Source: Oscillospiraceae bacterium
GTDB lineage: Bacteria > Bacillota > Clostridia > Oscillospirales > Ruminococcaceae
Length of the DNA stretch: 64,000 nt
Direction: 5' to 3'
Assembly: GCA_900768995.1 (NCBI GenBank)
Contig: CAAGEZ010000017.1
Coordinates: 22,455-86,454 of the forward strand
Numbering within the stretch: position 1 is the first letter of the stretch; every line of letters begins with the position of its first letter. This document shows positions 38,619-47,734 of this stretch, in pieces. A program made the position numbers and the translations under genes. The notes under the pieces are model-generated. The model saw only the letters and a list, made by a program, of their open reading frames with translations, had not been told where the DNA came from and made no database searches.

Positions 38619-39872
38619 ATGGCTAATTCAAAAAAGCTTGTTCCCATTACCCTGCTCACAGGCTACCTCGGTGCGGGCAAAACTACTCTTATCAACCACG
38701 TCCTCAACAATCAGGAGGGCTATAAGTGTGCCGTTATCGTTAATGATATCGGTGAGGTAAACATTGATGCCGAGCTTATACAGAAGGGCGGTACAGTTAC
38801 TCAGAAGGACGATAACCTCGTTCCCCTTTCAAACGGCTGCATTTGTTGTACCCTTAAGGTCGATCTTATGAATCAGATTGCCGATCTCATCAAAACAGGC
38901 AAGTTTGACTATATCCTCATTGAAGCAAGCGGAATCTGCGAGCCTATGCCTATCGCTCAGTCAATTTCTGTCCTTGAGGGCAAGGCTGACAAGAAGTATC
39001 CTCCTATCTGCCGTCTTGACAACATCGTTACCGTTGTTGATGCGCTGAGAATGGCTACCGAATTTGGCTGCGGCGACAATCTTCTCAAAGAAAACATTGA
39101 CGAAGAGGACATCGAAAATCTTCTTATCCAGCAGATCGAGTTCTGCTCCACAATTATCCTCAACAAGGTTGACAAGGTAACTCCCGAGCAGCTTGGCAGA
39201 GTTAAGGCTATGATAAAGGTACTCCAGCCCAAGGCAAGAATTATCGAGGTAAGCTTCGGCAAGGTGGCTGTTTCCGATATACTCAACACAGGTGCATATG
39301 ACTTTGAAGAAGCAGCAACTTCCGCAGGCTGGGCACAGGCATTTGAAGAAGCAGGCAAGGAAGATGAGCACGAACACGAGCATCATCATCACCACGACCA
39401 CGATGATGACGATAATGATGACCACGATCACGAGCATCATCATCACGAGCACGGCGAAGGCTGCACCTGCGGTCACTGCCACAATGACGAAGAGGGCGAA
39501 GCCGAGGAATACGGCATCGGCACATTCGTATACCGCCGCCGTCAGCCCTTTAACAAGGACAAGCTCCAGGAATGGGTAGGCAACTGGCCTAAAAGCATTA
39601 TCCGCTGCAAGGGTATGCTTTGGTTCTCCGATGACCCCGAAAATGCATTCGTATTTGAGCAGGCAGGCGTTCAGATAACAGCAACAGGCTCAGGCAAATG
39701 GTTTGCGGCTGCTCCCGAAAAGGAGAGGAAGCGTCTCTTGAAGCAGTACCCCGAAATTGCTGAGGACTGGGACGAAAAGTACGGCGACAGAGAGATAAAG
39801 CTTGTTTTCATCGGTCAGAAGATGGACAAGCAGGCTATCTGTGACAGCCTTGACAAGTGCCTCGATGAATAA
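38619..39872 (+). CDS. COG0523 / CobW-family metallochaperone GTPase (ZigA/YeiR-like) with a His-rich insert
   Basis: A GTPase P-loop GYLGAGKTT, a CxCC metal motif GCICCTL, and the His/Asp-rich low-complexity stretch EHEHEHHHHHDHDDDDNDDHDHEHHHHEH. I chose the start at 38619, which has an AAAGGAA ribosome-binding site; the track ORF begins at 38610. Confidence 0.85.
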   Translation: MANSKKLVPITLLTGYLGAGKTTLINHVLNNQEGYKCAVIVNDIGEVNIDAELIQKGGTVTQKDDNLVPLSNGCICCTLKVDLMNQIADLIKTGKFDYILIEASGICEPMPIAQSISVLEGKADKKYPPICRLDNIVTVVDALRMATEFGCGDNLLKENIDEEDIENLLIQQIEFCSTIILNKVDKVTPEQLGRVKAMIKVLQPKARIIEVSFGKVAVSDILNTGAYDFEEAATSAGWAQAFEEAGKEDEHEHEHHHHHDHDDDDNDDHDHEHHHHEHGEGCTCGHCHNDEEGEAEEYGIGTFVYRRRQPFNKDKLQEWVGNWPKSIIRCKGMLWFSDDPENAFVFEQAGVQITATGSGKWFAAAPEKERKRLLKQYPEIAEDWDEKYGDREIKLVFIGQKMDKQAICDSLDKCLDE

Positions 39873-39887
39873 TCACGTATAAAGCCA

Positions 39888-39934
39888 AATCCCGATGATA
39901 TCTGAAATTTTTTCGATATCATCGGGATTTTTTT
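39888..39934. terminator. Rho-independent terminator, probably bidirectional.
   Basis: A 15-bp stem AATCCCGATGATATC / GATATCATCGGGATT followed by TTTTTTT. Confidence 0.85.
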
Positions 39935-40082
39935 ACTTATTATTTTTACTGCATTTGTTACAGCCCAAACAGCCTGAACAACCTCCGCAGCCGCCTTTTT
40001 TACGTGAAACTATCATATATCTCACCGCACAAAAAAGGAGCACGAAAATTATTATCAAAGCAATTATATCAGCCGCTGTCAT
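39933..40082 (-). CDS. FeoB-associated Cys-rich small membrane protein (49 aa). It is not in the supplied ORF track.
   Basis: Hand translation of the minus strand gives MTAADIIALIIIFVLLFCAVRYMIVSRKKGGCGGCSGCLGCNKCSKNNK*, one transmembrane helix and a CxxC-rich tail, immediately downstream of feoB. An alternative start at 40091 would add MIH. Confidence 0.65.
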   Translation of the reverse strand: MTAADIIALIIIFVLLFCAVRYMIVSRKKGGCGGCSGCLGCNKCSKNNK

Positions 40083-40100
40083 ATGTATCATACCCTTTCA

Positions 40101-42116
40101 TCAGAATATGAGCATTCCGATATTATACACCGCAAATGCAGCCACCCAAGCGGCAGCGCACTGAATAAGAACAAAGAAAAGTGCCGCAAAAGATGAGTTC
40201 ATCTCACGTCTTACAGCCGCCACCGCCGCAACGCAGGGGGTGTAAAGAAGTGAGAAAACAAGGAAGCTTACCGCTGTCATAGGTGTGAACATTCCCTGAA
40301 GTATTGCAGGAAGCAGGTCGGAAGAGCCTGCGCCTGAGAGCACGGACAATGTTGATACCACCGCTTCCTTTGCGGTAAAGCCTGTGATAAGTGCCGTGGA
40401 AATTCTCCAGTCGTTGAAGCCGAGGGGAGCAAATATTGGTGCAATTATCTTTCCAAGTGCCGCAAGGAGGCTATGCGAGCTGTCTGTGACCACATTGAGC
40501 CTTGAATCAAAGGACTGCAGGAACCAGATTATAACCGAGGCGGTGAAAATTACGGTAAATGCCTTTGTGAGGAAGTCTTTCGCCTTGTCCCACATAAGCA
40601 GCACCACGCTTTTGGGTGACGGCAGGCGGTAATTGGGTAGCTCCATAACAAAAGGAACGGGGTTGCCTTTAAATCTTGTCTTATTTAAAATTATGCCGTA
40701 AATTATGCCGCATATCATTCCGAAAAAGTAGAGACAGACCATTACAAGAGCACTGTGATTCGGGAAAAATGCCATTGCGAAAACCGAATATATTGGCAGC
40801 TTTGCACTGCACGACATAAACGGGGTGAGGAAAACGGTCATTTTTCTGTCACGTTCGGAGGAAAGTGTTCTTGTCGCCATAATTGCAGGAACGGAGCAGC
40901 CGAAGCCGATTATGAGCGGCACAAATGAACGTCCCGAAAGACCTATCTTACGGAGCAGGCTGTCCATTACAAAAGCCACTCTCGCCATATATCCGCTGTC
41001 CTCCAGCATCGACAGGAAGAAAAACAGTGTAACTATTGTAGGCAGGAAGCTGAGAACGCTGCCGACTCCCGCAAATATTCCGTCAATTATAAGACTGTGG
41101 ATAACAGGATTCAAGCCGTAAACGGTAAGTGCATTATCGGCAGCGACAGTCACTGCGGCAATGCCCGAAGTGAGCAGGTCGCTTAAGAATTTTCCGATAA
41201 CTCCGAAGGTGAGCCAGAAAACCGCCATCATAATAAGTATGAACATCGGTATGGCGAGATATCTGTTGGTAAGCACGCTGTCTATCTTCACACTGCGGAT
41301 ATGCTCCTTGCTCTCACGGCATTTCACAACAGCATGGTCGCACACATTTTCGATGAAAGTGTATCTCATATCGGCAATAGCGGCGTTCCTGTCCATTCCT
41401 ATTTCCGTCTCCATTTCGGTAACGCTGTGCTCTATCATTTCAAGCTCGTTCTCATTAAGCTCAAGCTTTTCTTTGATTGCAGGGTCAGCTTCGATAAGTT
41501 TTGTGGCGCAAAATCTTCTGCCAAGCCCCGCTTTATCGGCGTGATCCTCGATTATGTGGCAGACTGCGTGAATACATCTGTGAACTGCGCCGCTGCAATA
41601 ATCTATTTTTCCTGGCGGGATACGCTTTTTTGCGGTGTTCACGGCAGTCTCGATAAGCTCCTCAACGCCGTCATTCTTAGCAGCCGATATTGGCACAACA
41701 GGCACACCAAGCCTTTCGGAAAGCTCCGTTATGTTTATAGTGCCGCCGTTGTTTCTTACCTCGTCCATCATATTGAGGGCAAGAACCATAGGTATTTTCA
41801 GCTCACTGAGCTGTAATGTAAGATACAGGCTTCGCTCAATATTTGTGGCATCAACAATGTTTATTATCCCGTCAGGCTTTTCGTTTATGAGGAAATCACG
41901 GGTAACTATCTCCTCAATGGTGTAGGGACGAATGGAATAAATTCCCGGGAGGTCAACAACCGTGCAATCCTTATATTCCTTTACAACGCCGCTTTTCTGC
42001 TCAACTGTGACACCGGGAAAATTTCCCACGTGCTGATTTGAGCCTGTGAGCTGATTAAAAAGCGTTGTCTTTCCGCAGTTCTGATTTCCTGCAAGTGCAA
42101 AAACCATTTGCAGCAT
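40101..42116 (-). CDS. feoB: Ferrous iron transporter FeoB
   Basis: An N-terminal G-domain (ALAGNQNCGKTTLFN), a gate domain, and a polytopic membrane domain. 671 aa. Confidence 0.95.
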   Translation of the reverse strand: MLQMVFALAGNQNCGKTTLFNQLTGSNQHVGNFPGVTVEQKSGVVKEYKDCTVVDLPGIYSIRPYTIEEIVTRDFLINEKPDGIINIVDATNIERSLYLTLQLSELKIPMVLALNMMDEVRNNGGTINITELSERLGVPVVPISAAKNDGVEELIETAVNTAKKRIPPGKIDYCSGAVHRCIHAVCHIIEDHADKAGLGRRFCATKLIEADPAIKEKLELNENELEMIEHSVTEMETEIGMDRNAAIADMRYTFIENVCDHAVVKCRESKEHIRSVKIDSVLTNRYLAIPMFILIMMAVFWLTFGVIGKFLSDLLTSGIAAVTVAADNALTVYGLNPVIHSLIIDGIFAGVGSVLSFLPTIVTLFFFLSMLEDSGYMARVAFVMDSLLRKIGLSGRSFVPLIIGFGCSVPAIMATRTLSSERDRKMTVFLTPFMSCSAKLPIYSVFAMAFFPNHSALVMVCLYFFGMICGIIYGIILNKTRFKGNPVPFVMELPNYRLPSPKSVVLLMWDKAKDFLTKAFTVIFTASVIIWFLQSFDSRLNVVTDSSHSLLAALGKIIAPIFAPLGFNDWRISTALITGFTAKEAVVSTLSVLSGAGSSDLLPAILQGMFTPMTAVSFLVFSLLYTPCVAAVAAVRREMNSSFAALFFVLIQCAAAWVAAFAVYNIGMLIF

Positions 42117-42131
42117 TCCTTTCTGATTTTG

Positions 42132-42359
42132 TTATTCTTCGGGCTTTACAGTTATCTGTTTTGCTTCTTCAAGACGGAGCGTGAGTTCATATCCACGAAG
42201 ATGTATCTCGATAGGGTCGCCCATCGGAGCGGCTTTTCTTACTGTTACACGTGTCCTTGGGATAAGTCCCATATCAAGCAGACGGCATCTCAGTGCACCC
42301 TCTCCCCCGACCTGAACTATAACTGCGCTCTTTCCTATAGGCAGCTTGTCAAGAGTCAT
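42132..42359 (-). CDS. feoA: FeoA family protein
   Basis: A 75-aa SH3-like FeoA (KLPIGKSAVIVQV...VTVRK) immediately upstream of feoB. Confidence 0.9.
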   Translation of the reverse strand: MTLDKLPIGKSAVIVQVGGEGALRCRLLDMGLIPRTRVTVRKAAPMGDPIEIHLRGYELTLRLEEAKQITVKPEE

Positions 42360-42377
42360 TTTATCAGTCCTTTCATA

Positions 42378-42401
42378 TAGTGTTAGAATAATCTAACACT
42401 A
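42378..42401. promoter_or_regulatory. Fur-family operator-like palindrome TAGTGTTAGAAT / AATCTAACACTA upstream of feoA.
   Basis: A 24-bp near-perfect inverted repeat (11 of 12) ending 19 nt upstream of the feoA start codon. The core TTAGAATAATCTAA resembles the 7-1-7 Fur box. Confidence 0.5.
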
Positions 42402-42446
42402 TGATGCGTATAAAATATCGGCGTTATAGGCTTTCATAATTTTTCG

Positions 42447-43292
42447 TTATGAAAGCCTGCATAATGCCGTAAAATAATTCTTTTGTTTTAAGACTTTCTG
42501 TGCTTTGACGGCAACATTTTCCGACTCGAACAGCCCGAAAACCGCCGAACCGCTGCCCGTCATTGCCGAGCATACCGCACCGTTTTCTGTCATTATCCTT
42601 TTTATGTTCGTGACCTCTTCAAGGCTTGTCACATCATCAAAAATATTCCGACAGAATGGAGCAATATCGGTCAGCGAAGAAACATTTCCGAAGATTTGTT
42701 TTATCCCCGAAATGCCGATGCCACTGCCAAGAGAATCGATCTTGCCGAATGCTTCTGCCGTGCTGATGCCCGCCTTACCTTTTCCGATAAGTACACAGCC
42801 GCATATAGCAGGTAGTGGCTCAATTATCTCGCCTATTCCCGTGCAGTAGCCGCAGCCGCCTTTTATGCAGAACGGAATATCTGCGCCTATCCTTGCACCT
42901 ATTGAAATAAGCTCACCTTCGGAAAGTCCTGTCTCAAACAGTCGGTCAAGTCCTGTAAGAACGGCCGCACCGTCGGCACTTCCGCCGCCCATTCCCGCCT
43001 GTGACGGTATCCTTTTGATAATGTCTATGCTGACTCCCCCACTGCTTATTCCTGTTTTATCAAAAAAAGCAGCGGCACATTTATATGCAATGTTTTTCTC
43101 ATTACAGGGAATAAGCGGATCGGAACAGGATATTTCTATCCCGCTCCTGTCCGTTTTTTTCAGCGTTACCGTGTCACAAAGGGAGACCGTGTGCATAACG
43201 GTCTCAAGCAGATGATAGCCGTCAGCCCTTTTTCCCGTGACATCAAGATAAAGATTTATCTTTGCTTTTGCATTCAGAACAAGGCTGTCCAA
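42447..43292 (-). CDS. ispE: 4-diphosphocytidyl-2-C-methyl-D-erythritol kinase
   Basis: KINLYLDVTGKRADGYH and a GHMP-kinase motif PSQAGMGGGSADGAA. Confidence 0.9.
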   Translation of the reverse strand: MDSLVLNAKAKINLYLDVTGKRADGYHLLETVMHTVSLCDTVTLKKTDRSGIEISCSDPLIPCNEKNIAYKCAAAFFDKTGISSGGVSIDIIKRIPSQAGMGGGSADGAAVLTGLDRLFETGLSEGELISIGARIGADIPFCIKGGCGYCTGIGEIIEPLPAICGCVLIGKGKAGISTAEAFGKIDSLGSGIGISGIKQIFGNVSSLTDIAPFCRNIFDDVTSLEEVTNIKRIMTENGAVCSAMTGSGSAVFGLFESENVAVKAQKVLKQKNYFTALCRLS

Positions 43293-43305
43293 TGCGCCTC
43301 TCCTT

Positions 43306-43872
43306 TCAGCTTATAAAAAATCCGCAGACGTAGCTTTCTTTCGGGCAGAAATCACCGATAGAGCGGACCTTTGAGGGCGTTCTGCGGTTGGAAAACCTGT
43401 TGCAGACATCAAATCCCTCTCCGTTATTGACAACTGCCACATAATGAAGCAGTGAACGCTTTGGTTTTGCCACCCAGTAGCACAATATGCCCACTCTGAC
43501 AGCTCCCATTACCTTTACAAAATCGTCATAATCCGACGCTTTTACCGCAGGAATACGGCATTTTTTGAAAAGCTCCTCTGCCTTTCTGTGATCAGTGCCG
43601 AAGATACCGCCAAGCCTCAGAGCATAGCAGTCAATGCCAAGAGCAATGAGGGAAATGTCAGTTTTGTGCCCTGCCGAAAGCAGTGCATTGTATATTGCAA
43701 TAGCTCCGCAGCCGTTGTGGGACATCTTGCAAAGTCCCATACGGTAATTTGAAACGGCGCATTTTCTCTGCCCGTTTATAAGCCCCGCAGGCTTGCGCAT
43801 ATGACTGTTTTTCTCATAATTGCGCCTTGCAAGGGAGGGAGCTTTTTCAAGAAGCTCATCTGCGGTCATCAT
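43306..43872 (-). CDS. Hypothetical protein with a papain-like Cys/His signature, possibly a BtrH/C39-like fold.
   Basis: SHNGCGAIAIYNAL (Cys preceded by Gly) and a later HYVAV. The start codon overlaps the aminotransferase stop codon (TGATG). The family is uncertain. Confidence 0.4.
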   Translation of the reverse strand: MMTADELLEKAPSLARRNYEKNSHMRKPAGLINGQRKCAVSNYRMGLCKMSHNGCGAIAIYNALLSAGHKTDISLIALGIDCYALRLGGIFGTDHRKAEELFKKCRIPAVKASDYDDFVKVMGAVRVGILCYWVAKPKRSLLHYVAVVNNGEGFDVCNRFSNRRTPSKVRSIGDFCPKESYVCGFFIS

Positions 43873-45062
43873 CAGCCGTTTTCCTTTTTCTGCTTGTCCA
43901 GATCGGCAAGGAATTCCTTGATTCGGTCTATGGCGGTCATAATGTGCTTAAGGGAGTATGCATAGGAGATTCGGATATATCCCTCGCCGCACTCACCGAA
44001 TGCATTTCCGGGAACTACCGCAACATTATGCTCATAAACCAGTCTCTCGCAGAACTCTTCACTTGTAAGTCCGGTTGACTTGATGCTTGGGAATACATAG
44101 AATGCACCCTTTGGCTCAAAGCAGGTAAGGCCGATATCATTGAGTGCCTTTACAAGCCATCTTCTGCGCATATCGTACTCATCACGCATTTTTACGATGT
44201 CCTCATCGCAGTTTTCCAGAGCCTCAACAGCAGCGTACTGAGAAACCGTGGGGCTGCTCATAATGCCGTACTGATGGATCTTCAGCATCTGCTTGATAAT
44301 GGGCTTGGGACCTGCAACATAACCAAGTCTCCAACCTGTCATAGCATATGCCTTTGAGAAGCCGTTAACGTAAATAGTGTGCTCCTTCATACCCTCAATT
44401 TCAATAATTGAGCAGTGCTTTGTGCCATATGTAAGAGAACTGTATATCTCATCGGAAAGAATGAGGATATTCGTATCACGAATAACCTCAGCAATTGCTT
44501 CAAGGTCGCTTCTTTCCATTATCGCACCTGTTGGATTGTTGGGGAAGGGAAGGATAAGCAGCTTAGTCTTATCGGTTATCTTTTCACGGAGCATTTCGGG
44601 TGTGAGTCTGAACTGAGTTTCCTCAGTGGTCTGAACCGAAACGGGAACACCGCCGCAAAGCGATACTATAGGAGCATAGCAGACAAAGCAGGGTTCAACG
44701 ATAAGAACCTCGTCGCCGCTCTCAATAAGTGTTCTTATTGAGATATCAATGCCCTCAGAGCCGCCTACTGTAACGATTATCTCGTCATTCTCGCAGTATG
44801 AAACTCCTGTATTTTTGCGGATATTCTCGCTGATAGCCTTTCTCAGCTCTGCAAGTCCCGAATTTGCCGTATATTTTGTCTTGCCCTTTTCAAGGGAAGT
44901 TATAGCTGCCTGTCTTACATTCCAAGGAGTCTGAAAATCAGGCTCACCAACACCCAGAGATATAACATTATCCATCTGAGCAGCAATATCAAAAAATTTT
45001 CTTATTCCCGAGGGCTTCATTACCCTGCATTTTTCGGAAATAAGCTTATCGTAATCTATCAC
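43872..45062 (-). CDS. Pyridoxal-phosphate-dependent aminotransferase, class I (aspartate-aminotransferase-like)
   Basis: LGVGEPDF, the NPTG motif, and the PLP-lysine region SKAYAMTGWRLGY. 396 aa. Confidence 0.85.
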   Translation of the reverse strand: MIDYDKLISEKCRVMKPSGIRKFFDIAAQMDNVISLGVGEPDFQTPWNVRQAAITSLEKGKTKYTANSGLAELRKAISENIRKNTGVSYCENDEIIVTVGGSEGIDISIRTLIESGDEVLIVEPCFVCYAPIVSLCGGVPVSVQTTEETQFRLTPEMLREKITDKTKLLILPFPNNPTGAIMERSDLEAIAEVIRDTNILILSDEIYSSLTYGTKHCSIIEIEGMKEHTIYVNGFSKAYAMTGWRLGYVAGPKPIIKQMLKIHQYGIMSSPTVSQYAAVEALENCDEDIVKMRDEYDMRRRWLVKALNDIGLTCFEPKGAFYVFPSIKSTGLTSEEFCERLVYEHNVAVVPGNAFGECGEGYIRISYAYSLKHIMTAIDRIKEFLADLDKQKKENG

Positions 45063-45538
45063 GGAGATACGAAGCCCCTTTCATCTGCGGCTTCCTTTTC
45101 AATGAAGAAGCCTTGTTCCTTGTACTGCTTGAGTACGAAATGTGTGGAGGTAGAAATTACACCCTCCATAGAGGAAAGCCTCTGAGCCACAAAGAGAGCG
45201 ATCTCCTTGTAGTTTGTTCCTCTAAGCGTAACGGCAAGGTCGAATGAGCCTGACATAAGTGTCACGGAATCGACCTCGTCAAATTCCATTATCTTGCGGG
45301 CAAGCTCGTCAAAGCCAAATTCCTTTTTGGGCTTTACCTTTACCTCAATAAACGCAGTTACCGAGTTTTTATCCGCCAGTTCATCATTTATAATAGCGTT
45401 ATAGCCCTTGATAACGCCTTTTTTCTCGTAATCGGCTATCCGTGCCGCGACTTCTTCGGGGGTAATTCCCAGCATTACCGCCAGCTGTTCGTCAGAAAGT
45501 CTTGCATTTCCCTTTAAAAGCTTGATGAGAGAATCCAT
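45059..45538 (-). CDS. Lrp/AsnC-family transcriptional regulator
   Basis: An N-terminal HTH (LSDEQLAVMLGITPEEVAARI) with a RAM-domain C-terminus, upstream of the aminotransferase. Confidence 0.85.
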   Translation of the reverse strand: MDSLIKLLKGNARLSDEQLAVMLGITPEEVAARIADYEKKGVIKGYNAIINDELADKNSVTAFIEVKVKPKKEFGFDELARKIMEFDEVDSVTLMSGSFDLAVTLRGTNYKEIALFVAQRLSSMEGVISTSTHFVLKQYKEQGFFIEKEAADERGFVSP

Positions 45539-45677
45539 AATAATCCTTCCTTTCTTTGGATACCCGAAATCATTTCTCAGATATACTACTTTATTATACT
45601 CTATTTTATGTCATTTGTCTATAGATTTTTATTAATTTTTGCGTCAAACTGTCAATTCAAACTTAACAATACACCAC

Positions 45678-45705
45678 TTGACATTTTGCATCATAGTGGT
45701 ATAAT
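45678..45705 (+). promoter_or_regulatory. Sigma-A-type promoter TTGACA, 16 nt, TATAAT, upstream of the pduL-like gene.
   Basis: Hexamers read directly. It is followed by a roughly 70-nt leader containing a GGCAGATATCGCC / GGCATATCTCC repeat element. Confidence 0.5.
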
Positions 45706-45775
45706 GGATATAGAGTTGGCAGATATCGCCTGTTTTCGGCATATCTCCATAAATTTTGAAAGGTTGGTATTTAAT

Positions 45776-46354
45776 ATGTCAGCAGAATTTATCGTTGAAA
45801 CCTCTGCACGTCACGTTCACGTTACACAGGAAGCTCTTGAGATCCTTTTCGGCAAGGGCGCAACACTTACTAAGAAGAAGGATCTTTCTCAGCCCGGTCA
45901 GTTTGCTTCCGAGCAGAGAGTTGAAGTTGTAGGTCCTAAGAAGTCCCTCGCAAACGTTTCTATCCTCGGACCCGTAAGAAGCGCAAATCAGGTGGAGCTT
46001 TCCGCTACCGATGCACGTTCTATCGGAATCGCAGCTCCTATCAGAGAGAGCGGAGATGTTGCTGGTTCAGGTGCCTGTAAGCTGGTTGGCCCCTGCGGCG
46101 AGGTTGAGCTTTCCGAGGGCGTTATCGTTGCAAAGCGTCATATCCACCTCACTCCCGCAGACGCTGAGGAGCTTGGCGTTAAGGACAAGGAAATTGTTTG
46201 GGTAAAGATCGATACTGAGGGAAGAAAAGCTATCCTCGGTGATGTTGTTTGCCGTGTATCTGACAAGTTTGCAAGAGCTATGCACATCGACACCGATGAG
46301 GCAAATGCTATTTCCGCTCACCCCGGTCTCACTGGCACAATCTACAAGATGTAA
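45776..46354 (+). CDS. PduL/EutD-type phosphate acyltransferase (phosphotransacetylase/propanoyltransferase family)
   Basis: Two PduL repeats with the His motifs SARHVHV and AKRHIHL. I chose the start at MSAEFIV (ribosome-binding site AAAGG); the track ORF extends upstream to 45608. Confidence 0.8.
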   Translation: MSAEFIVETSARHVHVTQEALEILFGKGATLTKKKDLSQPGQFASEQRVEVVGPKKSLANVSILGPVRSANQVELSATDARSIGIAAPIRESGDVAGSGACKLVGPCGEVELSEGVIVAKRHIHLTPADAEELGVKDKEIVWVKIDTEGRKAILGDVVCRVSDKFARAMHIDTDEANAISAHPGLTGTIYKM

Positions 46355-46408
46355 TTTTACCTTAATACATAAAAGGGCTTCTGCATTTTTCGTGCAGAAG
46401 CCCTTTTT

Positions 46409-47734
46409 TCATTCAGATATTGTTTCGGAGGAATTATCACTTATATCAGGTTCAATCAGCATTCCGCTGCTGTCGATAAGCTGCATATAAACAGGCTCGC
46501 TGCTGCAAGTACCGATAACCGAGTCTTTGCCAAGGCTGTCCCCTGTTGATACAAAAAGCTCGTTTAACCCCGATATAAGTATAGTATTGCAGTTTGGAAG
46601 CTCATCAGATTCGCTGTAATTCTCAAGGTCAACAGCGGCGCAAAGCTCACCGTTAACAGTCTCACCCGCAAAAATTACAGTACCCGAAATATTCGGCATA
46701 AATGAAAAATACTGCTCATTATCAAAAATCAGCAAGGTTTTGTCCGTCTCCCCCGATGCCGTAACGCCATAGCGAACTTTTTCAAATTCGGCATTCGGCA
46801 TAATGTCACTTAGTGAAATCTGTGAAACGGCGGTATCGTTATCCTGATAATGATAAGCATAATTTGATGTATTAACATATGATATCAGCTTTTCATTCAT
46901 CACATCGTCTGAGGATTCAAGATAATATTTGCCGACTGATTCCGTATCATTGTCAACTGTCAATGTATCAGCTTCAAGAATATCAAATAAGCTTGATCTA
47001 TACCTGCCGCCGTCATATATAAGCCAGCCGTTATCAGTTCTTTCAGCAAAAAAATCTGTCAAATGATCCGTATGGTGAATGTTGTCATCATTATGTGTAT
47101 GCACAAACAGCGGCATAATATATTCTCTGCCGATCTGAAGCTCTCTTTCTGTGGGATATATCGGTACCGAAACAACGAGTGTTCCGTCAATGCTTGCCTC
47201 CATATCAAGCATAAATGAATCGTCAGCATAAGCCTCCAGCGGCTTTATTGTGTACTTTATTTCTGAACTGTCATATACCTTTGAAACCACATTGAACCTT
47301 AATATCCACTGCCAGTCAACTGTAACATCGTCCTCTTCAATAACACCGATGTTATTTGTCAATATTTCAGCTGCAAGGTTGCTGTCCCCGGATATATTAT
47401 ATTCAAACCTGTCTGTAAGCTCTGAAAGTTTTTGCACAGGACTGTTCTCCTCGATATATTCCGTAAGCTCGGGAGACACATTTCCTGTGCTCTTGCTCAT
47501 AACAGAATCGGACTCAATGCCCTTTGTGCTGATATAAGCCATTGCCGCAAAAACCGCAATGCCTATCACTGCCGCCGCTGAACACATTACCGCAAAACGG
47601 CTGCGATTGTAGGTCGTTTTTATCTTTCGCTTGGCAATAAGTTCATTTTTCTCAAATCTGAACAGACTGTCAAAATCGGCAGGCTTTCCTGCAATGCGGT
47701 CAAACTGTTCGCTGTATTTTTTGTTCCTGCTCAT
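46409..47734 (-). CDS. Putative membrane-anchored anti-sigma factor with a large extracytoplasmic domain
   Basis: A cytoplasmic N-terminal roughly 45 aa, one transmembrane segment (FAVMCSAAAVIGIAVFAAMAYI), and a roughly 370-aa extracellular region. Its start overlaps the ECF sigma stop by 4 nt. Confidence 0.55.
   Translation of the reverse strand: MSRNKKYSEQFDRIAGKPADFDSLFRFEKNELIAKRKIKTTYNRSRFAVMCSAAAVIGIAVFAAMAYISTKGIESDSVMSKSTGNVSPELTEYIEENSPVQKLSELTDRFEYNISGDSNLAAEILTNNIGVIEEDDVTVDWQWILRFNVVSKVYDSSEIKYTIKPLEAYADDSFMLDMEASIDGTLVVSVPIYPTERELQIGREYIMPLFVHTHNDDNIHHTDHLTDFFAERTDNGWLIYDGGRYRSSLFDILEADTLTVDNDTESVGKYYLESSDDVMNEKLISYVNTSNYAYHYQDNDTAVSQISLSDIMPNAEFEKVRYGVTASGETDKTLLIFDNEQYFSFMPNISGTVIFAGETVNGELCAAVDLENYSESDELPNCNTILISGLNELFVSTGDSLGKDSVIGTCSSEPVYMQLIDSSGMLIEPDISDNSSETISE

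Noticed and set aside
39361-39480. Repetitive CAC/CAT/GAT-rich DNA that might look like a short tandem-repeat array.
   Set aside because: It encodes the His/Asp-rich low-complexity insert of the COG0523 GTPase, and it is in frame. It is not a CRISPR array or a satellite.
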